From IMG/VR virus record IMGVR_UViG_3300025030_000006: a stretch of DNA of 64,000 nt; one strand, given 5' to 3'. Made by a program: the position numbers and the translations under genes. Below the pieces are notes generated by a model that saw only the letters and a list, made by a program, of their open reading frames with translations, was not told the DNA's origin and made no database searches. Shown piece by piece: positions 1 through 10,054 of the stretch. The DNA is from a virus. Every line of letters starts with the position of its first letter. Within the stretch, counting starts at the first letter, position 1.

Positions 1-2481
1 ATTTGGGGAATATTTAATTGAATTTTCAGTTACCGTAAATGTCCCTTGATTATGAAAATATTCAACATCAGATACTTTTTCCCCTGCTTCAAGGGTTATT
101 TTTCTTCCTTTTTTAACATAAGGGGAAAACAAAGATAACTGATTACTAGAATCAAACAAATGACCATGAGATAAAGAAAAACTTAATTCATTTGGTTTTC
201 CATCAACAGTTCTTTTCCACTCAATATCCTTGTCCACAATAACATAATCAGTAATGTCAAAAAAGGGTTCAATGTTATCCCAAGCAAGGTAGTGCTCAGT
301 ATTATTTAATTTATCTTTTTGCCAGAAAGACCATACTTTGTTATCTTCATCAATACCTAACCAAGCATTTGACTCGGATAAACCATTGACTAATATAGCA
401 GAATCACCAAAAGACCAATCTGTATCTTTTGTTCCTATTTTGTAAAAAATACGGCTAAATTTTCCATCACGCAAAAATGTAGTAAGTCCATTCCAACTTG
501 AATAAAAACTACCACAGAAAAATTGTCCTGAATCATTATCCCAAGTCATTTCCCAAAAGGTATCAGTGTTATTACCTGTAATCCCTGGAATTTCTGTTGC
601 ACTTAATCTTGTAAAAAATTCAGAACTGCAATCAAAAATAACCAAACCATCATAAGTTGATGTTATATAAATTTCATGTTTTTCTGGATTATAAAATAAA
701 TGATTAAATGCGTAATCATCTGCTGTCTTGTACGCTGGAATGCTAAATGTAAAATTATCATTTGCTAAATCCACTTTGCATAGGCCTTTTTGAGTTACAT
801 AACTTGCACCACCATAATAATCAAAAATTCCATAAAGATAATTTTCAACAATAACTGCCTTTTGTAATCCGTGGTAAGGAAAACCAATAGTGGTAGAGTC
901 GTAATATTTTATTGTGTTTCCGTCAAGGTCAAATATTGTTAATCTTCCAGGCCCATTAGGATAATCATTACAAACTACAAGTTGGCTGTCAAACAACTGG
1001 CAATAAATATTCCCATTAGGTCTGGTTATTGCATTATTAAACAATAGGTTAAATGTAAACATCGGTCCTGTATCATTTAAATCAATATAACCAACAACCA
1101 AGCGAACATTAACACCAAATAAATGTGTATTAAATATATAAAGTCTATCAGATGCAGAATCTAACTGAATATACCCATTTTCTATTGCCGAGGTATAAGG
1201 ATAACCAGTAACATTAGCCTCTACACCATAAGTACCATTAGCAACAAAATGATATTCGGTGATTGAATCAGTAGTTCCATTTAGGACACCTATATGCTCC
1301 ATAGACCCAAAAACAACCTTATCACCAAATTGGTTTCCAGCATATCGGTAATATTGAGTTAAAGCAACATTGTAAAAAATATTATTTATCGCTGGCGTAG
1401 ACGAAGCACTCCAAGATTTTTCTATTGTCCAAGAGTCAACATCAATTTTTAATATACTTGCAATGACTTTATCGCCAGCGCCAAAATTAGACAGCACCAA
1501 GTATAACTTTCTATTAGCTACATCAAAAGTCAATGTATTAATACTATCTGCTGTAGCACCAACCCAACCGCTTGTGCTACTACTCATCCACAACGCACCG
1601 GATTCTTCTGTAAATGATAAATACATTGATTCCGCAGCAGTCTGAACAGCAGAAGGAGAATACCCAATTGTTGTAAATCCAGTGTAATTAGTAATTTTAA
1701 CCGCAGTCCCCCAAGTAGCTCCGTTGTCTATTGACTTAGAATAATAAATATTACGTAATGGGTTTAGGTTAGTATCCAATCCATCAACAAAGTAAAAAAA
1801 CAGCAACAATTCATTCCCAGCAACAGTCTCCAGCAGAAAGAATGTAGATGCCCTATTATCTATTGTATTGATTGGGGATAATCCAAACGAGGAAATAATA
1901 TCTGCTGCAGAACTCCAAGAAGTAAAATTGCTAGAAGTTCTAGTAAAAACATTCCAAGCAGGAGTACCTGAAGTATAGTTATTATACACCATCGCATAAG
2001 TATTATCAGCCAATTTAATAGCTGCTATTGAATACTTAACATAAGTATTGCTAATAACTAAATAATCACTAATAGTTGTTACCCCAGCGGGGCTTACCCC
2101 GAAAGCCCGGACATCATAATTAGAGCCACTTTTTCTGATGTAGCAAACACCAATATCCCCATTTACCAATTCAACCAAAGCAAAATCATCAATATCAGTA
2201 TTAATAATAAGCGGAATATCAATTGTAAATTCAACCCTATCTGCGTCCGTATAAAACATATACAAATGATTAGTAACAGAGTTATAATATTTCAAATTAA
2301 ACCCAATAATCCTACCAGAAGAATGCACAAGATATTTTGGTTTCATCTCGGTCGTATTAGCCGTAAAAATATTCCCAATAAATGGAATATCTGCAACGGC
2401 TTTATTCGATAAAAGCCTGACAATTGGGTGGTGAATATCCCCATCTTGTGCTGTTTGAAGATTTTCATTTAAAGTAAGCAT
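1..2481 (-). CDS. tail/baseplate-associated protein with BNR/Asp-box (sialidase-like beta-propeller) signature; C-terminus off window
   Basis: Minus-strand frame is open from ATG 2479-2481 (GAGGG SD upstream) to position 1. Absent from ORF track only because it runs off the window. Asp-box S-I-D-N-G-A-T-W encoded at 1711-1734. Lies just distal to the tape measure gene. Confidence 0.6.
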   Translation of the reverse strand, partial: MLTLNENLQTAQDGDIHHPIVRLLSNKAVADIPFIGNIFTANTTEMKPKYLVHSSGRIIGFNLKYYNSVTNHLYMFYTDADRVEFTIDIPLIINTDIDDFALVELVNGDIGVCYIRKSGSNYDVRAFGVSPAGVTTISDYLVISNTYVKYSIAAIKLADNTYAMVYNNYTSGTPAWNVFTRTSSNFTSWSSAADIISSFGLSPINTIDNRASTFFLLETVAGNELLLFFYFVDGLDTNLNPLRNIYYSKSIDNGATWGTAVKITNYTGFTTIGYSPSAVQTAAESMYLSFTEESGALWMSSSTSGWVGATADSINTLTFDVANRKLYLVLSNFGAGDKVIASILKIDVDSWTIEKSWSASSTPAINNIFYNVALTQYYRYAGNQFGDKVVFGSMEHIGVLNGTTDSITEYHFVANGTYGVEANVTGYPYTSAIENGYIQLDSASDRLYIFNTHLFGVNVRLVVGYIDLNDTGPMFTFNLLFNNAITRPNGNIYCQLFDSQLVVCNDYPNGPGRLTIFDLDGNTIKYYDSTTIGFPYHGLQKAVIVENYLYGIFDYYGGASYVTQKGLCKVDLANDNFTFSIPAYKTADDYAFNHLFYNPEKHEIYITSTYDGLVIFDCSSEFFTRLSATEIPGITGNNTDTFWEMTWDNDSGQFFCGSFYSSWNGLTTFLRDGKFSRIFYKIGTKDTDWSFGDSAILVNGLSESNAWLGIDEDNKVWSFWQKDKLNNTEHYLAWDNIEPFFDITDYVIVDKDIEWKRTVDGKPNELSFSLSHGHLFDSSNQLSLFSPYVKKGRKITLEAGEKVSDVEYFHNQGTFTVTENSIKYSPN

Positions 2482-2495
2482 TATATTTTCCCTCT

Positions 2496-2873
2496 TTAAT
2501 TCTGACTTATTATCAATAATTCCATTTTAACTTTTTCACGATAAGATTCATTGGTATCTAAATTCAACCAATAAATTCCATCCAATTCTTTTATAATTAC
2601 ATTGTACGTTGTTGCTGCTTCCTCACCACCTGAAGGGTCAAAAACAATCAATTCATCAGCTTGATATAATGTATTTAAAGAATTAAATTGTGCTGCTGGC
2701 ATCCAATCCCATTCCAAAGGAATAATTACTCCTGCTATAACAGGGTCCAAAGCAAAATAAGCAATGCCACCATAAGTGTCAACCGTTGAATTTCTTTTTC
2801 TTGGTTTAATTACTGGAAAACTAATTTTTGAATTATATGTAAATGTCACCCCACCTAATATCATTTTATTCAT
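2496..2873 (-). CDS. small tail component after tape measure (distal tail protein candidate)
   Basis: 125-aa ORF whose ATG overlaps the tape-measure stop (TAATG, 2871-2875). Function from synteny only. Confidence 0.5.
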   Translation of the reverse strand: MNKMILGGVTFTYNSKISFPVIKPRKRNSTVDTYGGIAYFALDPVIAGVIIPLEWDWMPAAQFNSLNTLYQADELIVFDPSGGEEAATTYNVIIKELDGIYWLNLDTNESYREKVKMELLIISQN

Positions 2874-5800
2874 TAGCTGTGCTCCTTGATAATTCTCAGA
2901 GTTGTTTCCTCTGTTACCCTCTGCAATTCAGATTTAAGTCTAGCAATGGTTCTATTATCCATTCCACCAGAAACACTTACTGGAATACTAATAGAAAGAT
3001 TATTAGTGCCACTGGATTTCAGTTGGCTTAAAGGCGTAACCAACTCGGGCTTACCACCCTCCCCAAAGTTATACGTAGTTCCTGAGCGTAAACCACGACC
3101 TATAATAGGCTCTTTAATAATTCCACCATCAGCCATTTTAGTAGTTCCACCACCAACACCAAACATGCCAGCAATGGAACTACCAATACCAATAAGGGCA
3201 TCCCAAGCACCACTTATATTCTCTGAGGAAAACATACTCATAATTGTATCAAAAATACTGGATAAACCACTTTTTAATAAATCAAACCCTTTACCTGAAA
3301 TTTCAACAAATTTATCAAAACCACCCTTAAACATTTCAGAAGTTTTTTCCCATCCCTTTTTCATAACATCAAAAATTTCTGCTTTTGCTCCTTTTTCACC
3401 TTCTTTTTTCTCCCCTGTTAAATCAGGAAGTAAGTTCATTAAATTATCAGTAATGTTTCTTTTAATCCATGCTCTGGATGCTTCTCTTGCAATGTCAGTA
3501 ATAAATTGCCTGAAATTTTCAGAAAAAGAATCAAGGTTAAATGCTGCTTCATTTAAAACATCAGCAAAATCATCAAACCAACCTTTAGACATTTCCCTTA
3601 AATCATTCCAAAACGGTTCCTGAACTTGTTTTTTATGGAAATCAAGAGATTTGCCAAGGTTAGTTAATTCCTGTTCCAATGCTTTTATTCTTTGTTTTTC
3701 ACTTTCAGGTATCCCATTTTTATCAGTTGCCCATTTGTCACTTATTTTATCAATTTCAGCCATAATACTTTTAGCTGATTGCTTATATTGTGCCTCAAGA
3801 GCCAACAAATCAGCTAATTGTTTATCTTTTGGTCTGTAGCCAGTACCAACCAAATCAGCATAGGAATTCCTAGCCCTAAAAATTGCATTTTGCTTTTCCA
3901 ATTCAAGTGATATTCCTTCCAATTCCATTCTTTCTGCTTTTGCTATATTTGCAGCTTCCAGAAGATTTTTTTTCATCTCATCAGAAAGTTTATCATTTTT
4001 TGAAAAATTCAAAATCATTTTATCCATCTCATTATTTATTCTTTCAAACGGAGAAAGAACTTCATGAGATTTAATAGATTCCATTACAGAATTAAACTCT
4101 GCTTCCATGTCATCAAAAATAACGTCTGATTCCAATTTAAAAATATCAGGCATTATTTTTTCAATTTCTTTTAACTGCTTTTTAAATTCTTCCGGTGCTT
4201 TTGCATAAAGATTTTTAAATTCAATACTTATTTTGGTCCATCTTTTTTCCAATTTTTCTAAGGGGCTTTCAGCTTTATTCAGTGATTCTCTAAACGAATC
4301 AATTTGAGAAGTCCAATTAATTTCTTCTTTACTTCCTTTTTTATTCAGTTCAGCTAATTTGTGCATTTTTTCATCATACAAAGCCTTTTCATAATTCCTA
4401 ATCATAGCCAAACCATCAATTTGTGCCTGTACTCTGTTTTTTATACTCTCTGTTTGTTCATCATCTAATTTTACACCCTTAGCAACGGCAGCATTATATG
4501 CTTTCAATATAGTGTTATAATTATTTATAAGACCTTCTTTTATTGCCTTTGTTGATTCAATTCCCAAACTATAATCAAATTCAATTTTCTGTGGTTCAGA
4601 AAGAGCATTTCTTTTTGCCTCATTTATTTTAGTAGACATTTTTTCAATTGCTTCAAAATCAGAAAAAGGCAAATTAAGAAGTACAGCACCTAATTTAAGT
4701 GCTTCATTTTTTGCATTTTCAAAAGTTTTCTGCATTCTATCATTTGCATCAGCTAAAGCATTTAATCTGTTAATCATTCTCTGATTTCTTTTTTCATCAG
4801 AACTATCAGCAGCATCCATGAATTTTTTAGCTTCTTTAAATTCAAGAAGCAGATAATTATAAAACCCTCTGGTTTTATTAACAACCAGACTTAAATCAGT
4901 TAATATTTCATCAATTAATTCAGCAGTAACAAAAAGAAAACCATTTACAACATTAAGTGCTGTAGCCCATGCAGTCGATTTTTGGTCCAAGTCAACCAAT
5001 GAACCAAAAGCAGAACCAAGTTGAACAACAATAGAATTCATTATCTCCATAGCAAATTGGAGTGCTTTGGCTAAACCTAATCCTGCATCAGTCAAATTCC
5101 CTTTTGAATCCATAAAAGAGGCATTCAGTTCTTTTATAGTTTTAGCAAGAGCATCTAAAGTGGAATCAGCACCAATACGTTTAATTCTGTCCCAAATGAT
5201 GTTTAACTTGTTTATTTGTGTTTGGTATTCATCCCCCAATTTTTTATTTACTTCTTCAAAAGGTTCTAGTGCTTTAGCCAATGCTTCAATTATTGATTTT
5301 CCCTCTTTTTTAGCTTCATCCATTACCTTTTGAATATTCACACCAACAAATTTAAACATCATTGCCAACTGGTCTGTTGCCCTTTGTCTTCCCTGAATTA
5401 CAGCATATAATTCTTGACGCATTTGAACACCAGCATTAGCCATACCCTCAGTGAGCGTTTTAATGGCTGTACCAATTGTTGCAATTTTTCTAACATCGTC
5501 ATCTGATTTAGGAACCATGCCCGCTTGACTGAAAGTTTTAACAAGCATGGTCATATCTTCAAGCGTCAATATTGTTCTTGCCGCCTCCAATTCCATTTTC
5601 CTAAGCAACTCTTTTGAATATTCATAAGCAATAGCAAAAGATTCTTTTGTGTTGCCAACTATTGAATAAACCATAGAAGCAGCAATAGACATTGCATCTA
5701 TTCTGAATTTTTGAACATCACTCAAGGTTTTAACAAATGTTTGTTTGATTGCATTTACTGCTTTGGTAACAAGGTAAATCAAACCGGCAACTTGCCACCG

Positions 5801-7870
5801 GAAATTTCTTATCATTTCCCAACCGTGACGGAACAAACCTTTAGACGCCTGCCTTGCAAGTGCCTCAGACTGATTAATTGCTTTCATTCTTATTTGGTTT
5901 AATTCACTAGCATTTCTTTTCATTTCTGTTAATTGTGCTTTCATTTGTTCTAAATCAGCACTAGATTTTGGGGCCAAACCCATCTTTTGTAATTTTTGTA
6001 ATTTTTCTATATTTGCCATTAAAATTTTAATTTCATCATCATATTTCTTAACAGCATTGGTTATTATCTCTGATTTTGCTTTAAAATCAGAAACAGTTTT
6101 ATCACCAATGAGTTTTTTGGTAGATAATTTTCCATACTTATTGTTCAAGTCAACAAACATAGCCTTTATTTTATCAAATTCTTCTTTTGGTTCTTTACTA
6201 ATATTTTTTAAAGAATCAGTAATTTCTTTGTGCATTCTTTTAGCAGTATTGGCAACATCTTTTTGGAGTTTACTTGTATCAGGTGAAAATGCTGAATTTA
6301 AAATACTCCTTAATTCATTAGCTTTATTTTGTAAAATGTTCTGTGTTTCGTTCAGAGATTCAATGACTTCTTGATTAGTTTGCTTAGTTATTTGGAGCCT
6401 AACTTTTTGTGATTGTTTTTCAATGTCTTGAATATCTTTTTCTACTTTTTTTCTTTCATTGACCATTTGTTGTTCAAGTTTTGCAATATTGTCTAAATTC
6501 TCTTTTGCTTTTTGTAAATCATAAATATTTGATTTTTTTGGTTTTAATTTTGGTTCCGCGTTTAAAGTTTCATCAATTTTAGCCCTTAAATCAGTGATAG
6601 ATTTTTTAGCCTGATTTATTTTTTCATTCCATTTTGCAATATCAAAGAAATTGGCTAATTTTTGAATCTCTTTAAATTCAGTTTTAAATTCTTTTGTTTT
6701 ATTCAGGATGCTTTCAATTTTACTTATTTCACCAGAAGCATCAACCAATCCAGTAGCGTGAAGTTTTTTAGCCTCAGAAAGCATATTTTCCAATGCTTTA
6801 ACATTTCCGTTCAATGTACTTTTTAAAATTTGTCCTTGGTCAACACTATTTTTAAACTCCTTACTGATTCCAGAAGCAGCTAAAGAAATTGATTCTTTGA
6901 AATTGGACATTATTGATTTAAATTGGGAATCAACATTAGTGGAATCAATTTCCAATTTAATTTTATTCTTTACACCTTCAGCACCTTGGGTTATTTTATT
7001 TTTTCCCTGTGCAATTGTTTCAGATAATTTGGCTACTTGTTTTTCCGTATCATGATATGCCTTTTGAATTCTGGTTACATTCTGAACTGTTTGTTTAAAA
7101 TATTGTTCCTGTTGAACAAGTAATTTAGCATCCGTCTGACCTTGCATTGCAGTTCTGGCATTCTGCATTTCCTGTTCAGCAGCAACAACTTGTTTGGCTT
7201 GTTCTTTTAAAGCCGTTCTTGCACCTTTTAATTGTTCATCTATTTTAGAAATACTTTCTTTTGCGACAGAAACATTACCAGCTTTTCCACTATTATTAAT
7301 GGCAACCTGTAAATCAACCAAAGTATCTTTTGTGCCTTTAGCCAATTGCTTAATTGAATTGAAAGAATCATTTACAGATTTAAAAATAGTTTGAGAAGCA
7401 TTTTTAGATATGCTACCCAATTGCAAAAACATATCATTTGCTGCTTTTACAGTTTCTTCCTTAGCTATTTTATCCAATCCTTTGATTGCTTCCGCTTTAC
7501 CAGTAGGTTGCATAATTTTATCATCAGCAACACTTCTGACTTTATTTTGCAATTGCAGCATTCTATTAACATAAGTTTCATACGTCTTACTTAATTTAAT
7601 ACTTTCATTCTGTGTTTCCCGCATTGCCCCTCTAGTCATATTAATAGAAGAAGCAACAGTTGATTGAACCCCCCTCATCATGGAAGACAGGTTACTGGAA
7701 ACCTGTTTATACATCGAATTGATATTCTGTTCCACAGAACGGGAAACGTTACCCGCTTTCTTCTGAAAAGAAGAATATTGGGCAGCAGCATTTCTCAATT
7801 CAGATTCAAAATTGGTTTTTAGTTCTAAAACAATGTCTTCAGTTATTTCATTTCCAGTATTTTCAGCCAT
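2873..7870 (-). CDS. tail tape measure protein (1665 aa)
   Basis: Very long K/E/Q-rich coiled-coil-like protein with hydrophobic and Gly-rich segments near the centre and C-terminus. Immediately follows the G/GT frameshift chaperone pair. About 0.15 nm per residue would imply a tail near 250 nm (inference). Confidence 0.9.
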   Translation of the reverse strand: MAENTGNEITEDIVLELKTNFESELRNAAAQYSSFQKKAGNVSRSVEQNINSMYKQVSSNLSSMMRGVQSTVASSINMTRGAMRETQNESIKLSKTYETYVNRMLQLQNKVRSVADDKIMQPTGKAEAIKGLDKIAKEETVKAANDMFLQLGSISKNASQTIFKSVNDSFNSIKQLAKGTKDTLVDLQVAINNSGKAGNVSVAKESISKIDEQLKGARTALKEQAKQVVAAEQEMQNARTAMQGQTDAKLLVQQEQYFKQTVQNVTRIQKAYHDTEKQVAKLSETIAQGKNKITQGAEGVKNKIKLEIDSTNVDSQFKSIMSNFKESISLAASGISKEFKNSVDQGQILKSTLNGNVKALENMLSEAKKLHATGLVDASGEISKIESILNKTKEFKTEFKEIQKLANFFDIAKWNEKINQAKKSITDLRAKIDETLNAEPKLKPKKSNIYDLQKAKENLDNIAKLEQQMVNERKKVEKDIQDIEKQSQKVRLQITKQTNQEVIESLNETQNILQNKANELRSILNSAFSPDTSKLQKDVANTAKRMHKEITDSLKNISKEPKEEFDKIKAMFVDLNNKYGKLSTKKLIGDKTVSDFKAKSEIITNAVKKYDDEIKILMANIEKLQKLQKMGLAPKSSADLEQMKAQLTEMKRNASELNQIRMKAINQSEALARQASKGLFRHGWEMIRNFRWQVAGLIYLVTKAVNAIKQTFVKTLSDVQKFRIDAMSIAASMVYSIVGNTKESFAIAYEYSKELLRKMELEAARTILTLEDMTMLVKTFSQAGMVPKSDDDVRKIATIGTAIKTLTEGMANAGVQMRQELYAVIQGRQRATDQLAMMFKFVGVNIQKVMDEAKKEGKSIIEALAKALEPFEEVNKKLGDEYQTQINKLNIIWDRIKRIGADSTLDALAKTIKELNASFMDSKGNLTDAGLGLAKALQFAMEIMNSIVVQLGSAFGSLVDLDQKSTAWATALNVVNGFLFVTAELIDEILTDLSLVVNKTRGFYNYLLLEFKEAKKFMDAADSSDEKRNQRMINRLNALADANDRMQKTFENAKNEALKLGAVLLNLPFSDFEAIEKMSTKINEAKRNALSEPQKIEFDYSLGIESTKAIKEGLINNYNTILKAYNAAVAKGVKLDDEQTESIKNRVQAQIDGLAMIRNYEKALYDEKMHKLAELNKKGSKEEINWTSQIDSFRESLNKAESPLEKLEKRWTKISIEFKNLYAKAPEEFKKQLKEIEKIMPDIFKLESDVIFDDMEAEFNSVMESIKSHEVLSPFERINNEMDKMILNFSKNDKLSDEMKKNLLEAANIAKAERMELEGISLELEKQNAIFRARNSYADLVGTGYRPKDKQLADLLALEAQYKQSAKSIMAEIDKISDKWATDKNGIPESEKQRIKALEQELTNLGKSLDFHKKQVQEPFWNDLREMSKGWFDDFADVLNEAAFNLDSFSENFRQFITDIAREASRAWIKRNITDNLMNLLPDLTGEKKEGEKGAKAEIFDVMKKGWEKTSEMFKGGFDKFVEISGKGFDLLKSGLSSIFDTIMSMFSSENISGAWDALIGIGSSIAGMFGVGGGTTKMADGGIIKEPIIGRGLRSGTTYNFGEGGKPELVTPLSQLKSSGTNNLSISIPVSVSGGMDNRTIARLKSELQRVTEETTLRIIKEHS

Positions 7871-7902
7871 GATATATTTCCCTCATTTATATAAATAAAA
7901 AT

Positions 7903-8221
7903 TTATCGCTTAAATCGTGATAATCTTGATTTCCAGTCAGAATCAGGTTTTACATTCTCCAAAGCATTCCCAAGGATTTTATTTCCAAATATTTTCTGAA
8001 ATTTCTTTTCCAAATCCTTAACATGCTCCTTATTACCAGAAAAGGCGGCATTCATATCGGTTATCAAAGAGATTCGTTCCCTGACTTCCTCTAATTCTGC
8101 CGCCTTTCTGATAAGTACATATTGAGAATAAGGTAATTTTTTTATATCATTCAGGCTTATCCCGCCCTTAGTTGCTTTGATAATTTGAATGTATTCCCGA
8201 ACCTGACTTATTGCTTTTTTT
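7903..8221 (-). CDS. -1 frame extension of tail assembly chaperone (GT-like fusion product spans 7903..8570)
   Basis: The -1 frame entered at A_AAA_AAG has no ATG but stays open for 104 codons (AISQVREYIQIIKATKGG...SRLSRFKR) to TAA at 7903-7905. Checked codon by codon. Ends 33 nt before the tape measure ATG. Confidence 0.8.
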
Positions 8222-8570
8222 CTTCAGGGGAATCCTCATCAATACCGGAAATACATTTATTAATCAATTTCATAACAGCAAGACTAACTTTCATCGGCCA
8301 CTGTTTAATTTCTTCGGGGGTAACTTTTTCTCCATTTTCTTTTACAATGGCAGAACTGATATATTCAAATTGGAAAGAAACATTATCTTCACTTTCTTCC
8401 GGCTTAGCCAAATCAGGGGAATCAATAGAACCGTCTTTTTTCATTGCTTTTCCCTGCTTAAACAATTCCATTGCTTTTTCATTAGTGATAGCAGGAATTA
8501 CATAAATCTGGTCTTTAAAAGTAAACTTGGTGTCATTTGCCAAATCATCAAAAGAAATCATTTCAGACAT
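8208..8570 (-). CDS. tail assembly chaperone, G-like short product
   Basis: 120-aa acidic ORF between major tail and tape measure genes. Ends ...GAA GAA AAA AAG CAA TAA, which contains a slippery heptamer. Confidence 0.8.
   Translation of the reverse strand: MSEMISFDDLANDTKFTFKDQIYVIPAITNEKAMELFKQGKAMKKDGSIDSPDLAKPEESEDNVSFQFEYISSAIVKENGEKVTPEEIKQWPMKVSLAVMKLINKCISGIDEDSPEEKKQ
8214..8220 (-). promoter_or_regulatory. programmed -1 ribosomal frameshift slippery site A_AAA_AAG
   Basis: Zero-frame codons GA[A AAA AAG] form an X_XXY_YYZ heptamer identical to the dnaX-type site, two codons before the G-like stop. Confidence 0.8.
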
Positions 8571-8611
8571 TTTCTTATCTCCTTTAGAGTTTTAAAATAA
8601 TTACTGCAAAA

Positions 8612-9307
8612 CTAATCAACCTTTTTAAATTTCCAACCCTTGTGTTGCTTTTCTTTTCCATCTAAACAATAATAAACATGAGAAGAATTAAGCCCATGCT
8701 TTTTACAAAACTCATTTACATTTTTTCCACTATATTCTTTTCCTTCAGGGGAAATAGCAATAAATGAACGAGTAGTCCTTTGGTTTTTTAATTGTTCAGT
8801 GAAAGTAATAAAAGTACAATTTTCTTTACAGTAATTTCCGTTTACATCTTTTCTTTCAATGGAAGGATTTTTTATTTTTTTAACTCTAATTGCTACCAAA
8901 TACTGAAAATACATGTCCTTTTTGAATTCTAAAAAATCATTCCATCTGGGGTCATATGTTATACCCCTACCACCGTAATTCTTATATGCTTTAAGATTTG
9001 GGTTATTACACCTTGCTTTTATATTTTGCCACATTAGATAAAACTTCATTGTTCCTTTTGAAAATTTATTATTCCAAAATCCATGCTTTACATTCTTTGT
9101 TTGTTTGTTAATTTCTTTATGGAGACAACCACAACTTTTTGTATGTCCTGATTTCAATTTACTTGTTTTTACCCTGTTTTTGTTTCCACAAGCACATCTA
9201 CACAGCCAATAACCATTTCCCAACCATTCAATTACAGTTAATCTATTAAAGTCTCTTCCAGTTAAATCTTCTAAAAATTGACTTTTTCCTCCATTTTTGC
9301 CTCTCAT
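8612..9307 (-). CDS. free-standing homing-endonuclease-like DNA-binding protein (Cys-rich N-terminal module, NUMOD/IENR-like C-terminal module)
   Basis: Motifs RLTVIEW..WLCRCACGN...SGHTKSCGC, then Y..W..IKARCNNP....YKNYGGRGI..DPRW..F..F..DM, then C-terminal GK.YSGKNVNEFCKKHGL. These are typical of phage HEG-associated DNA-binding proteins. Interrupts the tail module. Confidence 0.45.
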   Translation of the reverse strand: MRGKNGGKSQFLEDLTGRDFNRLTVIEWLGNGYWLCRCACGNKNRVKTSKLKSGHTKSCGCLHKEINKQTKNVKHGFWNNKFSKGTMKFYLMWQNIKARCNNPNLKAYKNYGGRGITYDPRWNDFLEFKKDMYFQYLVAIRVKKIKNPSIERKDVNGNYCKENCTFITFTEQLKNQRTTRSFIAISPEGKEYSGKNVNEFCKKHGLNSSHVYYCLDGKEKQHKGWKFKKVD

Positions 9308-9336
9308 TGTCTTTCTCTCCTTATCTTTTGTAGTTT

Positions 9337-9370
9337 GTATTAGGGGTAGGTTTTGCCCTACCCCTAATAC
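9337..9370 (-). terminator. 14-bp perfect hairpin after major tail gene
   Basis: GTATTAGGGGTAGG-ttttgc-CCTACCCCTAATAC, located between the major tail protein stop (9408) and the next gene start (9307). No clear U-tract on the minus strand. Confidence 0.45.
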
Positions 9371-9407
9371 TTTGTACTACAAATTAAGATAAGAAGTCAA
9401 CCCGCAA

Positions 9408-9926
9408 TTACGTAGGACTGCTATAGCCGGATATGCGGAACAATTGGTCCCCCGATACCCGGCTGTCGTCAATCAGCCCGACAAACTTACAGGCGTAAAT
9501 ACGCTGATTATCTGTGGTGAAACCAATTTCAATAGCACCACCAATGTTTGCAGCAGCTTTGTAAATCTGGAAAATATCGGTTCCATCTGTAGGTTCAATG
9601 ACCAATTCACCTGTTTCAATTGCACCACCAACAGGTTTACCAAAGGTAAGGAAAGTAGTATTATCCTCAGCCGAAGAAAAAAGCATTTTAAGGTTTTCAA
9701 AAGTGGCTTCAGTCAGATTTGCCGTAACTTCAAGAACAAGACCGGCATCAAGAATTTTTACAGGGGTTTCCCCATATTGGTCAGATTTCAATTCATAAAC
9801 ATTTTGCGTAATGGAAATAGACACACCACCATAGGTATGACCAACGTGACGCCCTTTAAAGTAAACATTCGCAGGACCAATGGAGATATTATCAGAATCA
9901 AATGCAGTGGTATATACAGTCATCAT
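9408..9926 (-). CDS. major tail (tube) protein
   Basis: 172-aa beta-rich ORF between the tail terminator candidate and the chaperone genes. Strong hairpin downstream. Function from synteny only. Confidence 0.6.
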   Translation of the reverse strand: MMTVYTTAFDSDNISIGPANVYFKGRHVGHTYGGVSISITQNVYELKSDQYGETPVKILDAGLVLEVTANLTEATFENLKMLFSSAEDNTTFLTFGKPVGGAIETGELVIEPTDGTDIFQIYKAAANIGGAIEIGFTTDNQRIYACKFVGLIDDSRVSGDQLFRISGYSSPT

Positions 9927-10054
9927 TGTTTAATTCTCCTTTTTAAATTCAATTAAATTGTTTTACGGTGAATCCCCTGTAAACTTGCTTCCCCTTATTT
10001 TTGATTATCTTTTGATAAGTTTTTTGCTAAAAGCATTTTCTTATCAAAATCAAA

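Noticed and set aside
2886-7594. Plus-strand ORFs inside the tape measure gene (for example 2886..3623, 6057..6374)
   Set aside because: They are antisense to a 5-kb coding region, are hydrophobic and low-complexity, and have no SD. Such ORFs are typical antisense artefacts of K/E-rich genes.
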